NCBI GenBank assembly: GCA_027622665.1
Contig: JAQBYT010000006.1
Span: 103,858-167,857 of the forward strand
Direction of reading: 5' to 3'
Origin: Verrucomicrobiota bacterium
GTDB lineage: Bacteria > Verrucomicrobiota > Verrucomicrobiia > Opitutales > Seribacteraceae
DNA: 64,000 bases
Part shown: piece after piece, positions 19,144 to 29,048 of the stretch
Layout of the letters: each line of letters opens with the position of its first letter
Numbering within the stretch: the first letter of the stretch is position 1
The notes under the pieces: model-generated
The model's input: the letters and a program-made list of their open reading frames with translations, nothing else
What the model was told of the DNA's origin: nothing
The model's database searches: none
Position numbers and translations under genes: made by a program

Positions 19144-19980
19144 TCAATTGCCGAAGGGGGATGACTCAATGATTTGATTGGGATCGAAAGGTTTGCCCCC
19201 CTTTATTTCAAAGCCTATTAGCTTGCCAGCGGTAAACTCACCTTTTTCCCAAATATTTCCCTCCAAATCCCATTTGGTAATAGCACCGTCCCATCTGCCT
19301 TCTTTGAAATTCAGTTCGGCTTCTTTTTTCCCTGAGTCATCAAGGGCGGTTATCGTGCCGGTGTAGAGTTCCTCGGTCTCCCTTATGAATAGAGTTCCAT
19401 CGCGAGAAGGGTTTCCTGCGAACTTCTCGCCGAGCTCATTCCCTTTTCCGGTCCATTTCGCCAATGCTTTTGTTGCTGCGCTTTGTCCCCAAACTACATC
19501 TTCCCCATCCTCTTTATCTTTAGACTTGGAGAGATCCTCAATGCCATCAATATAATATTTCCTCGACAACTCTTGGCCGTCTTCGGTCCATATAATCTCC
19601 AGTCCTTCCTTTATTCCTTCCCGAAAATGTGTGTTGGAGTTGAGTGCCCCCGATTCGTACCAAATGAAGGAATTTCCGTCCCGCTTGCCTGCCAAATAAC
19701 TGGCTCTGCTTGACAATGCGCCTGCTGCGATTCGCGTGGTGATTTCTCCGGTAAAAGCAACCCCGTCTGCGGTCCGTATTAAACATTCTTCATCATCGGT
19801 CCTGAATTCCACCTTGAAATCGCTTTGAAAACCATCCCAAAAATCTCCTTCTCGTAGGTTTGGAATTTCTCTTGCTATACCACTTTGTTCTTTTGCACTA
19901 TTTGGACCGCTATCATTTCCGCAACCAGTGAACAAAAGTGCTGCAGTTGAGGCTAGACTAATGAAGAGTTTATTTTTCAC
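19144..19980 (-). CDS. Lipoprotein with YwqK/MORN-variant repeats
   Basis: Lipobox LFTGC; repeats such as YLAGKRDG...WYESG, FREGIKEG...WTEDG, FKEGRWDG...WDLEG. Confidence 0.7.
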   Translation of the reverse strand: MKNKLFISLASTAALLFTGCGNDSGPNSAKEQSGIAREIPNLREGDFWDGFQSDFKVEFRTDDEECLIRTADGVAFTGEITTRIAAGALSSRASYLAGKRDGNSFIWYESGALNSNTHFREGIKEGLEIIWTEDGQELSRKYYIDGIEDLSKSKDKEDGEDVVWGQSAATKALAKWTGKGNELGEKFAGNPSRDGTLFIRETEELYTGTITALDDSGKKEAELNFKEGRWDGAITKWDLEGNIWEKGEFTAGKLIGFEIKGGKPFDPNQIIESSPFGN

Positions 19981-20047
19981 TTTTTATTGAAAATTTCTTA
20001 TCACTTAGCTTTGAGATGGCGGGAAGGCAATTGGGAAAGATGCTACC

Positions 20048-20926
20048 CTATGGGGCTGCTGCTTGTAGCGAGTGCCCCAAAACCAGACGGAACCCGACGT
20101 CGCTTGATTGGTATCCCGGGCCGTAGCTGGTTCGGCGAGAAGTCTTGCAGCATTCGGGACAAGAGTCGTAGCTGCCACCTCGATTGACCTTGTCGGGGTT
20201 TTGCGGTCCAATAACCGGATCAACGAGAGAGCCTTTAGGTCGAGGCGAATAGCCGTCTAGGCACCATTCGCGGACATTGCCGTAAATATCCCGCAAGCCC
20301 CATTTGTTAGGTTGTTTAAGGCCCACTTTGTGAGTTCGTCCATCTGCATCGAGGTTATGCCAAGCGTAAGCTTTTAATGGCCGTGGATCGTTTCCGAAAA
20401 AGTAAATCGTTGTCGATCCGGCCAATGCCGCATACTCCCATTCAGCCTCGGAAGGCAGGCGATATACCTTTCCGGCCGGTAGACGTCCTGCCTTACTCTC
20501 ACGCATCGTTAGCTTTTGGCAGAAATCGGCGGCTTGTTTCCAGTCCACTTGCTCTACGGGAAGCAAGGGCCCTTTGAAATTAGATGGGTTGAATCCCATT
20601 ATCGACTCCCATGCCTTTTGAGTCACTTCCGTTTCGCCAATTAAGAAAGGCTTTGTGAATCGTACCTTTCTTTCGCCCTCGTATGGCTTCACTGTGTTCG
20701 CAACCCGATCATCACCCATTTGGAACTCTCCTGCGGCAATAGGCAGCAGGTGCAATCCAAGATCGGATATTTCAACGGCTTTTGGCTTGTCCACCTTGCC
20801 GAAAAGAGAGCTTGCTCCCAAGCAAGCCAAGCTAAGAACCCTTAGGTCTATATATGCCACCAATGTTTTCACCGATTGTGCAAGAAGAGAGGAAAGAAGG
20901 GTGGTTGTATGTCTTTTTTGTGCCAT
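20048..20926 (-). CDS. Formylglycine-generating-enzyme-like (SUMF1/FGE-sulfatase) domain protein
   Basis: F.MG, TEVTQ, PVEQVDW..A..FC, RLPSEAEWEYAA, PNKWGL.D..GNV.EW, RGGS, GFR. Confidence 0.9.
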   Translation of the reverse strand: MAQKRHTTTLLSSLLAQSVKTLVAYIDLRVLSLACLGASSLFGKVDKPKAVEISDLGLHLLPIAAGEFQMGDDRVANTVKPYEGERKVRFTKPFLIGETEVTQKAWESIMGFNPSNFKGPLLPVEQVDWKQAADFCQKLTMRESKAGRLPAGKVYRLPSEAEWEYAALAGSTTIYFFGNDPRPLKAYAWHNLDADGRTHKVGLKQPNKWGLRDIYGNVREWCLDGYSPRPKGSLVDPVIGPQNPDKVNRGGSYDSCPECCKTSRRTSYGPGYQSSDVGFRLVLGHSLQAAAP

Positions 20927-21066
20927 GATTGTCTCATGGTTCCTACCGTATTCTCAAAGCCATAGCAAAAGGATTTACACTCTGCTATAATGCGTCAAAC
21001 GGTGTTTGACATCCGTAGCAAAAGGATCTCTTGCCGCGGTCACTATTTCCTCTATACTTGTTTCGA

Positions 21067-22116
21067 ATGATTATTCCCAAGGCAGGTAAATTGACTCCCA
21101 AGCAACTCGCTGAGGTGGAACGCATCGCGGGCGAGTTCGATTGCTCTATTCTTGAGATAGTTGGGCGCAATCGTTGCATTTACGCTATTCTCGGAGACGA
21201 AGGGCGTGAACTCATGTTCAACCGCTTGCGTGGGCTGGACTATTTGGCTCGGGTGGACCTGATTGAGTCGCCTTACAAGTCAATGGATCGAAAGTCGGCT
21301 CTTGCCGAGCATCAGGTGAAAGTCGGAGACACCTCGGTGGGGGAGGGCGGTCCTTTTTTCATCGGAGGTCACTGTACCGTCGATCCCGCAGAACCGAATC
21401 TTTATCTGGAAACAGCCGCGGCCCTCAAGGAAGTTGGCGTTCATGCCTTGCGAGGCGGTGTATGGAAACCGCGTACCAATCCTTATTCCTACCAAGGCGT
21501 TTCGAAAGCGCTTGAAATCGTTCTCGAGGCCAAGGCGCGTACCGGGTTGCCTGTGGACGTCGAGGTGATGGATACGGAACAACTCGAAATAGCTGTGGAC
21601 GCCGGTGTTGACATTCTCCAGATCGGCACCCGCAACGCCCTCAACTATTCCTTGCTTAAGGAAGTGGGCAAGAAGACTGCCGGTTCATCCACAGCCGTCC
21701 TTCTCAAGCGTGGTCGCCACATGGCTCCCCCGAATGAGTTCATCGCAGCAGCCGAATACATCGTGGCGGCGGGGAACCCGAACGTCATGCTATGTCCGCG
21801 TGGTACCATGCCGGCTCTCGATGGCTATCGTAACCAACCAGACGAGAGTATTACCCCTTTACTCAAGAACAAAACTTGGGCTCCCATTGTGGTCGATCCT
21901 TCCCATAGCGTCGGAAGAGACGAGTACGTCCCTGCTTGCTGCATGGCTGCCGTGGCCTACGGTGCCGACGGTCTATGCATCGAGGCTCACATAGACCCTG
22001 CCAAGGGTATTGGCGATGACCCAAAGCAAGCGGTCACGCCGGCAGCTTTTGCGGAAATCATGGCTGCCTGCCGAGATATTTGGCCTCGTCGCTACCAACC
22101 CGATTCTTTGGGCTAG
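21067..22116 (+). CDS. aroF: 3-deoxy-7-phosphoheptulonate (DAHP) synthase, class I-beta with N-terminal regulatory domain
   Basis: RGGVWKPRTNPYSYQG, QIGTRN, LLKRG, VDPSH, GADG..IEAH.DP. Start at MIIPK (21067). Confidence 0.88.
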   Translation: MIIPKAGKLTPKQLAEVERIAGEFDCSILEIVGRNRCIYAILGDEGRELMFNRLRGLDYLARVDLIESPYKSMDRKSALAEHQVKVGDTSVGEGGPFFIGGHCTVDPAEPNLYLETAAALKEVGVHALRGGVWKPRTNPYSYQGVSKALEIVLEAKARTGLPVDVEVMDTEQLEIAVDAGVDILQIGTRNALNYSLLKEVGKKTAGSSTAVLLKRGRHMAPPNEFIAAAEYIVAAGNPNVMLCPRGTMPALDGYRNQPDESITPLLKNKTWAPIVVDPSHSVGRDEYVPACCMAAVAYGADGLCIEAHIDPAKGIGDDPKQAVTPAAFAEIMAACRDIWPRRYQPDSLG

Positions 22117-22127
22117 GTCGGCTCAAT

Positions 22128-23936
22128 TCAGAACTTAGATTCCAAGCTTCTCAATTGCAACTGCAGCGCATTCATCTGGAAGTCGCTGCCTGTTTGTCCT
22201 TGTGGCGGCATATTCTCGGCGTTTGGGTAACTGCTTTGGGTGTAATTCTTTGGATACTGGACAACGTACTCCACATTGAGTGTCCGTTTTTCCTTGGGAG
22301 CTAGCACCAGATCCCAGCTGAAGAGACCTTTATCATCGGGTGTGACCTTTGGAGCGATCTTTACCGAACGCACCTTGACCTCATCGTTTTGCGAAACGGG
22401 GATACGGTCGGCCAAGCGAACGTTCTTTTCAACGTCGGCAAGGTTTTCCACCTCGATAATCCAGGAAGCCTGCAATTCCGTCTTGGATGAGAAGCTTGTC
22501 TTTCTTTTTTCGCTTTTCGAACGATCCAGAACCCGGGAAACCTTTACTTCGTCTTCCACTCCCGCATAGAGGGAAAACGCCTCGCCAGGACCAACGAAAT
22601 CGATAGCGGTAGCTCCGAGAAAATTGGCACCGAAATAGAGCGTCACCTTGCCCGGAAGCAAGGCTTGCCCTTTTTTGTTGTTCAGTTCGAAAACGCGGGC
22701 GGCATTGAGAGATGCCTCGGGTGCGGCCACGATGCGTTCGGTTCGGTTGAGGCTCAGGTCTCCAATGGGAAGCCGTACGGGTTGGCCGTCGGAGGGTACG
22801 GCTTTATCGGCTAAAGCCCGAAAGTGGGCGGTAGTGGCTCTACCGCTTATTTTGGCGAAAGTCTGTACGGATTTTTGTTGGATGGCGCCATTCAGGTCTA
22901 GATTTCGGATGGCGATACTGTTGTTCGCCACGGGCTTGTTGAAATACCACAGGCGGTTCTGCGATTTGTAGTTTCCGAATGCTTGCTGATAGGTGTCTTC
23001 CTGCTGCTCCAGCATCTGGACGGAGGCCTTGCGTCCTTGTCCCACGAGCAAGGTGTCCAGTTCGGGGATGCGGGCGGTGCGACCTAGATTTTGGGTGGAG
23101 AAGGACAGCTTGGGCACACCCCAGTCCTCGCCCGTGGTCTGGCGGACTACGGCGTAGGAGGAAATGTTGACCATTCCCCCTTTTTCGTCGGCCCTCAATT
23201 CATGGGCAGGTTCCCAAGAGGCTCCCGCCAGCAGATAGGTGAGGATGACGGTGGCTTGGCCTTGGCCTCGTAGGGCGACTTCCACCGCCCGCTCCTCCAG
23301 TTGGGCTTTGGAGTTCAATTCGCTTAGGCGCTTCTGTCGCGCGTTTTGTTCGGGCTGAATTTCCCGTCTTTGCTTTTCGAGAGCTCTAATATCCGTATTC
23401 AGTTTGGTCAGTGAGGTTTCGAGGAAGGCAAGGAAATCGACGTATTCCGTTACCTTCACTTCCCGGGCTGCCGCGTCCTTTGGGAGTTTGTCGAGGGAGA
23501 ATACGCGAATGCTTTCCAGATGCTTGCGACGTTGGTCGATGACCTTTTGCTTGTCGGAAAGTTCGTTCGTTTTATCGGTGATCTCCTGCACCGCCTCTTG
23601 CGCCTTGCGAACTTCCTCGTCCGATGTGGCGGTCAGGTAGGTTCTGCGAATCTGGACGTCGAGCACTTCTCCCTTGGCCCCGTCTGCAGTCTTAAGGCTG
23701 ACTCGCACGGACCCCTCGTCGATCCAGCTGGGTAGCTTGGCGAAGGAAAAGCGGTCTGCCTTTGCGGGCAGGTCCAAGGTGACTTCTCGAGTGACGCGTG
23801 CCCGGTCCGCATAGACCGTGACCTCCGTTATTTTCGAATCGAGTGCCTTGACCTTGGCTTTCTCAGGGGCTTCTTGGGCGCCGATGCCATGGCACAGGAT
23901 TATCGAGGCGATAAGTGAAAACAGACGTTTCTTCAT
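22128..23936 (-). CDS. MuiA-family (DUF4140/DUF4139) secreted protein
   Basis: Signal peptide; SKITEVTVYADRARVTR, coiled coil, ASW.P, QTTGEDW, DRIPVS. Confidence 0.88.
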   Translation of the reverse strand: MKKRLFSLIASIILCHGIGAQEAPEKAKVKALDSKITEVTVYADRARVTREVTLDLPAKADRFSFAKLPSWIDEGSVRVSLKTADGAKGEVLDVQIRRTYLTATSDEEVRKAQEAVQEITDKTNELSDKQKVIDQRRKHLESIRVFSLDKLPKDAAAREVKVTEYVDFLAFLETSLTKLNTDIRALEKQRREIQPEQNARQKRLSELNSKAQLEERAVEVALRGQGQATVILTYLLAGASWEPAHELRADEKGGMVNISSYAVVRQTTGEDWGVPKLSFSTQNLGRTARIPELDTLLVGQGRKASVQMLEQQEDTYQQAFGNYKSQNRLWYFNKPVANNSIAIRNLDLNGAIQQKSVQTFAKISGRATTAHFRALADKAVPSDGQPVRLPIGDLSLNRTERIVAAPEASLNAARVFELNNKKGQALLPGKVTLYFGANFLGATAIDFVGPGEAFSLYAGVEDEVKVSRVLDRSKSEKRKTSFSSKTELQASWIIEVENLADVEKNVRLADRIPVSQNDEVKVRSVKIAPKVTPDDKGLFSWDLVLAPKEKRTLNVEYVVQYPKNYTQSSYPNAENMPPQGQTGSDFQMNALQLQLRSLESKF

Positions 23937-24053
23937 AATGATTTGAATTTGGTTGGAGGAAATCGCGATTATAGGGGATTGCGGAGATAAGTTGTTCGCT
24001 GGACGTAAAAGCTTTGTAAAGAAAACGTCATCGAACTCGCCGAGTCCCTCTCT

Positions 24054-25529
24054 CTATTTATTTTTGGTTTTTTTGGGAGACGGGAATTTAGGGGCTCCGC
24101 CGAGGTAGGGAAACTTGTCGAAATCCGGTCCTTTACCGGTCACTCGCGGATCACCGGTTTTCTTAAGTTCGGCGAAGAGTTGGTCTTTCAAACTTTTGAC
24201 GGTTTTGGCATAGGCCGGATCCGCTGCCACGTTCACTAGTTGTCCGGGATCTTTCTTCAGGTCGTAAAGCTCATCTGCGGGACGTTTGCCGAAGGCCAGA
24301 TCGTAGAGATTTCGGTGATGCGCGTCCTTGTCGCGGTTGTTCACCATGTAGGTCTTGGTGGGGCCGTTGTCGCAGTCGGCCAACCATGCGTTGCCGATTG
24401 TGGCTTTCTCGTAGTGAGGCGTGCCCGAGGGCCAGCGATCCGGCTTGAAATTGTGCAGGTAGAGAAAGTCATGGGTGCGTATGGCGCGCGTCGGGTAGCC
24501 GCCCATGTCGGGCTTTTCCTGACCGGGGACGTGCCGCTCCTTGCCATGTAGTACGAAGCTGCGGTCGCGTTTACCCTCACCTTTGAGTAACGGCAACAGG
24601 CTGCCCCCGCTTACGTTGCCGGGGATTTCCAGGCCTGCGGCTTCAAAGAAAGTCGGAGCGAGGTCTATCAAACTCACGAAATCGTTCACCACGGTTCCCG
24701 CCTTTATCTTCGCAGGCCAACGAATAACTAGTGGAACTCGAGCCCCGCTATCGTAATTGTTGCTCTTGCAGCGGGGGAAGGGCATACCGTGGTCGCCCGA
24801 CATTACGATGATGGTATTGTCCAGTTCGCCTGCTTCCTCTAGCGCCGCGATGGTGTTGCCCACGAGCTTGTCGAAGCGCTGAACCTCGAAATAATAGTCC
24901 GCCACGTCGCCCCGAATTTCAAGCGAATCGGGATAGTGCGGAAAGAGCTTGATCTTGGACAAGTCCATACCGCTCTTTTCTCCCGAGCCCTTGGCATAGC
25001 CACGGTGCGGGTCGGAGGTGCCCAGCCAGTGGCAGAACGGCTTGTCTTTCGGGCGGTTTTTCAGCAAATTGCGGATGGGGTCGACTCCTCGCGAGGTGCC
25101 CGTCAATTGGCGCCCCTTGGTTTCCGTTCTTCCCGGCCCCCAGGCTTTGCTGCGACTGGAAGCGAAGTACCCGGCTTTCCCGAGGATTTCGGGATAGGTG
25201 TCGAACTTGTCGGGGAAGACGCTCCATAAATTTCCGGCTCCTTCGAGTTCCCAATGGTACTTTCCCGTAAGCACTGCGCCGCGCGATGGCGTGCAGGAAG
25301 GGGAGGAAACGTAGGCATGGTGAAAGAGCGCTCCTTCCTTGGCCAAGCGGTCGAAGGCGGGCGTTTTCACCACGGGATCACCGTAGGCTCCCGCATGGGG
25401 CCATCCCCAGTCGTCCGCGAAGGCAAATAGAATGTTGGGTCTTTCGTTCACCTTGGCGACCATGGTGGTCGCGACCAAAGTGGAAAGCGCGTGGACAATC
25501 GATTTCAGGATGCGGATGTAGGAATTCAT
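24054..25529 (-). CDS. Sulfatase (Cys-type, S1 family)
   Basis: RPNILF..ADDW, SCTPSR..LTG, DHG, DLAPTF, ELYDL..DP. Confidence 0.95.
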   Translation of the reverse strand: MNSYIRILKSIVHALSTLVATTMVAKVNERPNILFAFADDWGWPHAGAYGDPVVKTPAFDRLAKEGALFHHAYVSSPSCTPSRGAVLTGKYHWELEGAGNLWSVFPDKFDTYPEILGKAGYFASSRSKAWGPGRTETKGRQLTGTSRGVDPIRNLLKNRPKDKPFCHWLGTSDPHRGYAKGSGEKSGMDLSKIKLFPHYPDSLEIRGDVADYYFEVQRFDKLVGNTIAALEEAGELDNTIIVMSGDHGMPFPRCKSNNYDSGARVPLVIRWPAKIKAGTVVNDFVSLIDLAPTFFEAAGLEIPGNVSGGSLLPLLKGEGKRDRSFVLHGKERHVPGQEKPDMGGYPTRAIRTHDFLYLHNFKPDRWPSGTPHYEKATIGNAWLADCDNGPTKTYMVNNRDKDAHHRNLYDLAFGKRPADELYDLKKDPGQLVNVAADPAYAKTVKSLKDQLFAELKKTGDPRVTGKGPDFDKFPYLGGAPKFPSPKKTKNK

Positions 25530-25538
25530 AAGCTTGGG

Positions 25539-26201
25539 TTATTTGTTATTCTGAAAGGGGGTCTTTTCTTCAAGGGAATCTTTACTCCGGATGCAACGAC
25601 TTACTACCGCCCATAGCAAAACCGGGACGGCGGCGCTTAGGCCCAAGGCGAGCAAAGGATTCTTCTGGGCGGTTTCCGTGGAACCGAGCCATGCGTAGAC
25701 GAAGGACATTGGGATCACGCCGGAAAGGAGTGCCGGAAAATAGGTTTTCGCCGGCATCCTCACCAGACCTGCGAAACAGCTCAGCAACTCCGGCAACAAG
25801 ATCGTCCAGCGGGAGAGGGCGATGGCCCAAGTTCCCGATCGTGCAAAAAAGCGTTTGCCCATAATCATGCCTGTTTCGCCCGTAAGAAAACGAGCCATCC
25901 TTTCGTTCGCCAAACGGCAGAGCCCGTAGCCAAAAGTTCCTGCCAAGAATGTGCCCAAGGCACCGTAAAGCCCCCCCAGCCAAGGCCCGTATGTCATGCC
26001 CAAGGCGGCGAGGGCAGCGGTTGCCGGAACGGGGAGAAATACGTCCAGCATCAGCAACCCGATCACCAGCAACCATCCGTTTGGACCCAAGGTCTTGGGG
26101 ACTCCGTTTTCCGCAAAGAGAAGCTCGAAGTCGCCACCCCAGACCAAGAACGATCCGATCATTAGAGCCGATGCCGCTAAGCCTGTAAGGAGTATGCGCA
26201 T
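25539..26201 (-). CDS. DedA/VTT (SNARE-associated) membrane protein
   Basis: Hydrophobic helices, LPVPAT, GYGLCR, LSR...PE...AGL.RM. Start reassigned to MRILL (26201). Confidence 0.8.
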   Translation of the reverse strand: MRILLTGLAASALMIGSFLVWGGDFELLFAENGVPKTLGPNGWLLVIGLLMLDVFLPVPATAALAALGMTYGPWLGGLYGALGTFLAGTFGYGLCRLANERMARFLTGETGMIMGKRFFARSGTWAIALSRWTILLPELLSCFAGLVRMPAKTYFPALLSGVIPMSFVYAWLGSTETAQKNPLLALGLSAAVPVLLWAVVSRCIRSKDSLEEKTPFQNNK

Positions 26202-26227
26202 GCGGTCGTCTCCCCGAAACGGAGAGT

Positions 26228-27145
26228 CTATTTCAACTGTCCCTTGATGAACTTCTCGATCGTGGACTTCCCGTGAATCCAGCCTTGCTCCGCGAGGAAC
26301 TGGTCGGATGCGAGCATCGTCTTGCGAAAGGGAGCATTGTCGAAGCGACCCCAATTGAAAAAGCCGTGCGGCTTTCCCTCGAATGCCACGAGCTTGCAGG
26401 AGTTGCCTTCGGATTGGGCGTGCTTCTCGTACAGTTGAACGGTGCGAAAAGGTACGGCGTCGTCGTTCGTGCCGTGAAAAATGATGGTGGGGGGCAAACC
26501 TTTGCGAACGTGATGGTAGGGGGAAATCTTCTTTGGATCGGTTCCGATGCGTTCTCTTCGCGAGGCCATCTTTTCGGCGGGCACCTCGAATTCCCCCGGA
26601 ACCTCGGCCAGGATTACCGCAGGGTTGAAAAGGAGTAGGGCATTGGGCGCGGAGGAAGTCTCGTCGTCTTTCTCGAAGCCGGGCACGGTGGCGATTGCGA
26701 CTGCGACGTGCCCGCCGGCGGAGCCTCCGCCCGCCGCCACCTTGGTTGGGTCAACTCCTAGTTTTCTTGCATTCTTCCGTATCCAGCGAACCGCGGATTT
26801 CCCGTCCTCCACGCATGCCGTGGCTTTGGTGCCGTTGCGAGTGGACACTCGATAGTCCGCCGTGATCGCGACCATCCCCCGCGTGGCCAAGTACTTGCAC
26901 TGCATCTCGAACTGCCCGGGCGTGCCTGCTCTCCAGCCACCACCAAAGAAGAAGACCACCGCGGGACGCTTGTCCGATTTCTTATGTCCTTCCGGCTCGA
27001 ATATCCATAGCTTCAGCTTCGTGTCGCCTATTGTCTTGTAGACCTCCTCCCGAGCATCGGGAAGTTCGGGAGGGTAGGAGGGCTTCGCAGAAGCCGCCGC
27101 TGCGACTGTAAGAATGATTAATGAAAAGGCTAAGGAAGGTTTCAT
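26228..27145 (-). CDS. Secreted alpha/beta-hydrolase (esterase/lipase)
   Basis: Signal MKPSLAF..., FFGGGW, GGSAGG nucleophile elbow, HGTND, HGFFN. Start reassigned to 27145. Confidence 0.88.
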   Translation of the reverse strand: MKPSLAFSLIILTVAAAASAKPSYPPELPDAREEVYKTIGDTKLKLWIFEPEGHKKSDKRPAVVFFFGGGWRAGTPGQFEMQCKYLATRGMVAITADYRVSTRNGTKATACVEDGKSAVRWIRKNARKLGVDPTKVAAGGGSAGGHVAVAIATVPGFEKDDETSSAPNALLLFNPAVILAEVPGEFEVPAEKMASRRERIGTDPKKISPYHHVRKGLPPTIIFHGTNDDAVPFRTVQLYEKHAQSEGNSCKLVAFEGKPHGFFNWGRFDNAPFRKTMLASDQFLAEQGWIHGKSTIEKFIKGQLK

Positions 27146-27345
27146 GATGAGAAGTTGAAAGTTCTTAACTTTCCTCATTTTGGAAGTAAAGCTCCTCGAA
27201 GGCAAAGCGCTTTTGCCCCTCCCGCTATATTTAACAGAACGCCTTGGTCGACAACTTGGAGCCGCTCCCGGCAACGTTCTTCCACAGTCTTACCCTCACT
27301 TTCATTTCTCAAGCCATTACCTAAGACTACTGTGCTTTGTTTTAA

Positions 27346-28041
27346 TCAAGACCTGTTTTCCTTTCTCGAGAATACGCTGACCAGCAGCACGAAAAAGCAT
27401 AGGGTCAGGCTGAATAGAGGAACCTGGAGGGCCTGAGGGAGAGAATAAATGATGGCAGTGGCGGGAATCCAGACGAGCCAGGTGGAGAGCAGGAGGCGAG
27501 CGACCTCGAAGAGAAAAGATCGCTTGGTCGTTGTTTTGCGTAGCTTGCTCCATGAGAAGCCGCAATCCTTCCATCCATAAAAGACGGCGGTTATTGGAGC
27601 CGCCCAGAGTGTGCAGTAGACGAACTGGTCTACGAAGACCTTGGTCGCAATGGTCGTCCAGTTTAGATCATCGCCGAAAAGAAGGCTTTGCAGCCGGTAG
27701 AAGGCATCGACGTCGATTCCTCGTGCACCCCAGTAGAGTATGAAGAATGCTCCATTGCGCGTGACCATGCCGGCATTGATCCGGCCTGCCGCCCATAGGT
27801 ACAGAAAGGGAACCAACCCGCCAAAGAATCCGGTTGCTACGAATGAATAGAGAAAGCCGTTGGTTTGCTTGGTTTCCATCACCGCTTCAAAGAAGCCTCT
27901 CGAGGATTCGAGGAAGTAATAAGAAAGCACGATGCCAAGCCCGACGGACCACAGGACGAGTCCCGGAACTAGGTTGGCCCGGAAACCGGCCGAACTCATT
28001 CTCCACAGAGTAGCCAAGGTCGTAAAAAGTAGCTTTTTCAT
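27346..28041 (-). CDS. Mpv17/PMP22-like membrane protein
   Basis: KVFVDQFVY..LWAAP and STWLVWIPA...Y.LP..LQVP resemble the Mpv17/PMP22 signature; several TM helices. Confidence 0.65.
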   Translation of the reverse strand: MKKLLFTTLATLWRMSSAGFRANLVPGLVLWSVGLGIVLSYYFLESSRGFFEAVMETKQTNGFLYSFVATGFFGGLVPFLYLWAAGRINAGMVTRNGAFFILYWGARGIDVDAFYRLQSLLFGDDLNWTTIATKVFVDQFVYCTLWAAPITAVFYGWKDCGFSWSKLRKTTTKRSFLFEVARLLLSTWLVWIPATAIIYSLPQALQVPLFSLTLCFFVLLVSVFSRKENRS

Positions 28042-28146
28042 TCCTCCAACACTAGTCGTCGTTTAGGCCAAGGTAGGCATACTTTAGCGATATAATGAAA
28101 ACATTGTCGGATATCCGTGTGCGAACTTATTAAACGCAGATACGGA

Positions 28147-28962
28147 TTAGAAAACAATTGCGACCGAGGCTGTAGGCACAGAAGTGGAGAAGGATAGCGA
28201 AGGCAACGTTCTTTCACAGCAACCGCCGTCTGTTGCGGTTAATGGGAGTAAACTGTAATCAACATCGAGCCATTCATCACAGTTTGAATCCAAGTGTGAG
28301 AAACTTTTGAAATGGTACCAACCCCCACTGTAGTGATCTTTTTTGCCGTCGGGTTTCCTGTGATCCAAACTCCAGCCTTTCATCCCACCCTCCGCTTGAT
28401 CGTAGAAGTACAGGTGCCTGTCGTTTCCTTTTTTGTAGTACACCTTTTCATTTACAAGTTTGTCTTGGGCTCGGTAGGTGCCGTGGAAACTTGGATTGGG
28501 GTGACGAGCGATAATCACTGTCGTAGGTTTTTCTCCGCCGATTACTTCAAGGTCAAGTAGGGTTGTGGCAGGTTTGCTCTTTTGTTTGCTCGCATCATTG
28601 GCAGCCTTTTTCCGCCTGTTCGCTTCCATCTCGGTAAGTGCTTGAGCCTCCAGGTCGGCGAGCACCTTCGCCTCTATTTCGGAGAGTCTTTTTGTGTCGG
28701 CCTCGTCGAGTTTCTTCTCCTCCATTTGGGCAAGTTTCCTTGCCTCATCGGCTCTTGTTTTTGCTGCTGCAATCGGAATGGGGTTTGGGTGTCGGCATCC
28801 CGGGCATTTTTCGGCTTGTTTGGAGATGCCGTTTCCGCAAGCCTCGCACTTTGCCATGACAGATGCGTTGAAAGATGCTTCTTTGGATTCCTTAGGAATG
28901 TCCGAAGCTCCGCATCCCACCATCAGCAGGGCTATGTTTAAGGCGACAAGTAAGCACTTCAT
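28147..28962 (-). CDS. Hypothetical modular lipoprotein (Zn-ribbon, coiled coil, beta-rich domain)
   Basis: Lipobox LMVGC; CEACG...CPGC. Confidence 0.6.
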   Translation of the reverse strand: MKCLLVALNIALLMVGCGASDIPKESKEASFNASVMAKCEACGNGISKQAEKCPGCRHPNPIPIAAAKTRADEARKLAQMEEKKLDEADTKRLSEIEAKVLADLEAQALTEMEANRRKKAANDASKQKSKPATTLLDLEVIGGEKPTTVIIARHPNPSFHGTYRAQDKLVNEKVYYKKGNDRHLYFYDQAEGGMKGWSLDHRKPDGKKDHYSGGWYHFKSFSHLDSNCDEWLDVDYSLLPLTATDGGCCERTLPSLSFSTSVPTASVAIVF

Positions 28963-29048
28963 CTCGATGGCCCTAAGTAGCTCGCCCCTCCGGTCAAGCT
29001 CTCGACATCGTGAATAAGGACCTGTCCCTTTCGCGAATGCCTTTGATT

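Noticed and set aside
19144..19980. Toxin-antitoxin system suggested by YwqK-like repeats
   Set aside because: No adjacent toxin; the repeat is a generic MORN-like module in a lipoprotein.
20048..20926. FGE-like domain as a diversity-generating retroelement target, or as a true sulfatase-maturing FGE
   Set aside because: No reverse transcriptase or template-repeat copy of its 3' end is visible in the window. The cysteine spacing (GGSYDSCPECC) differs from the catalytic GGSxxCxxxxC motif.
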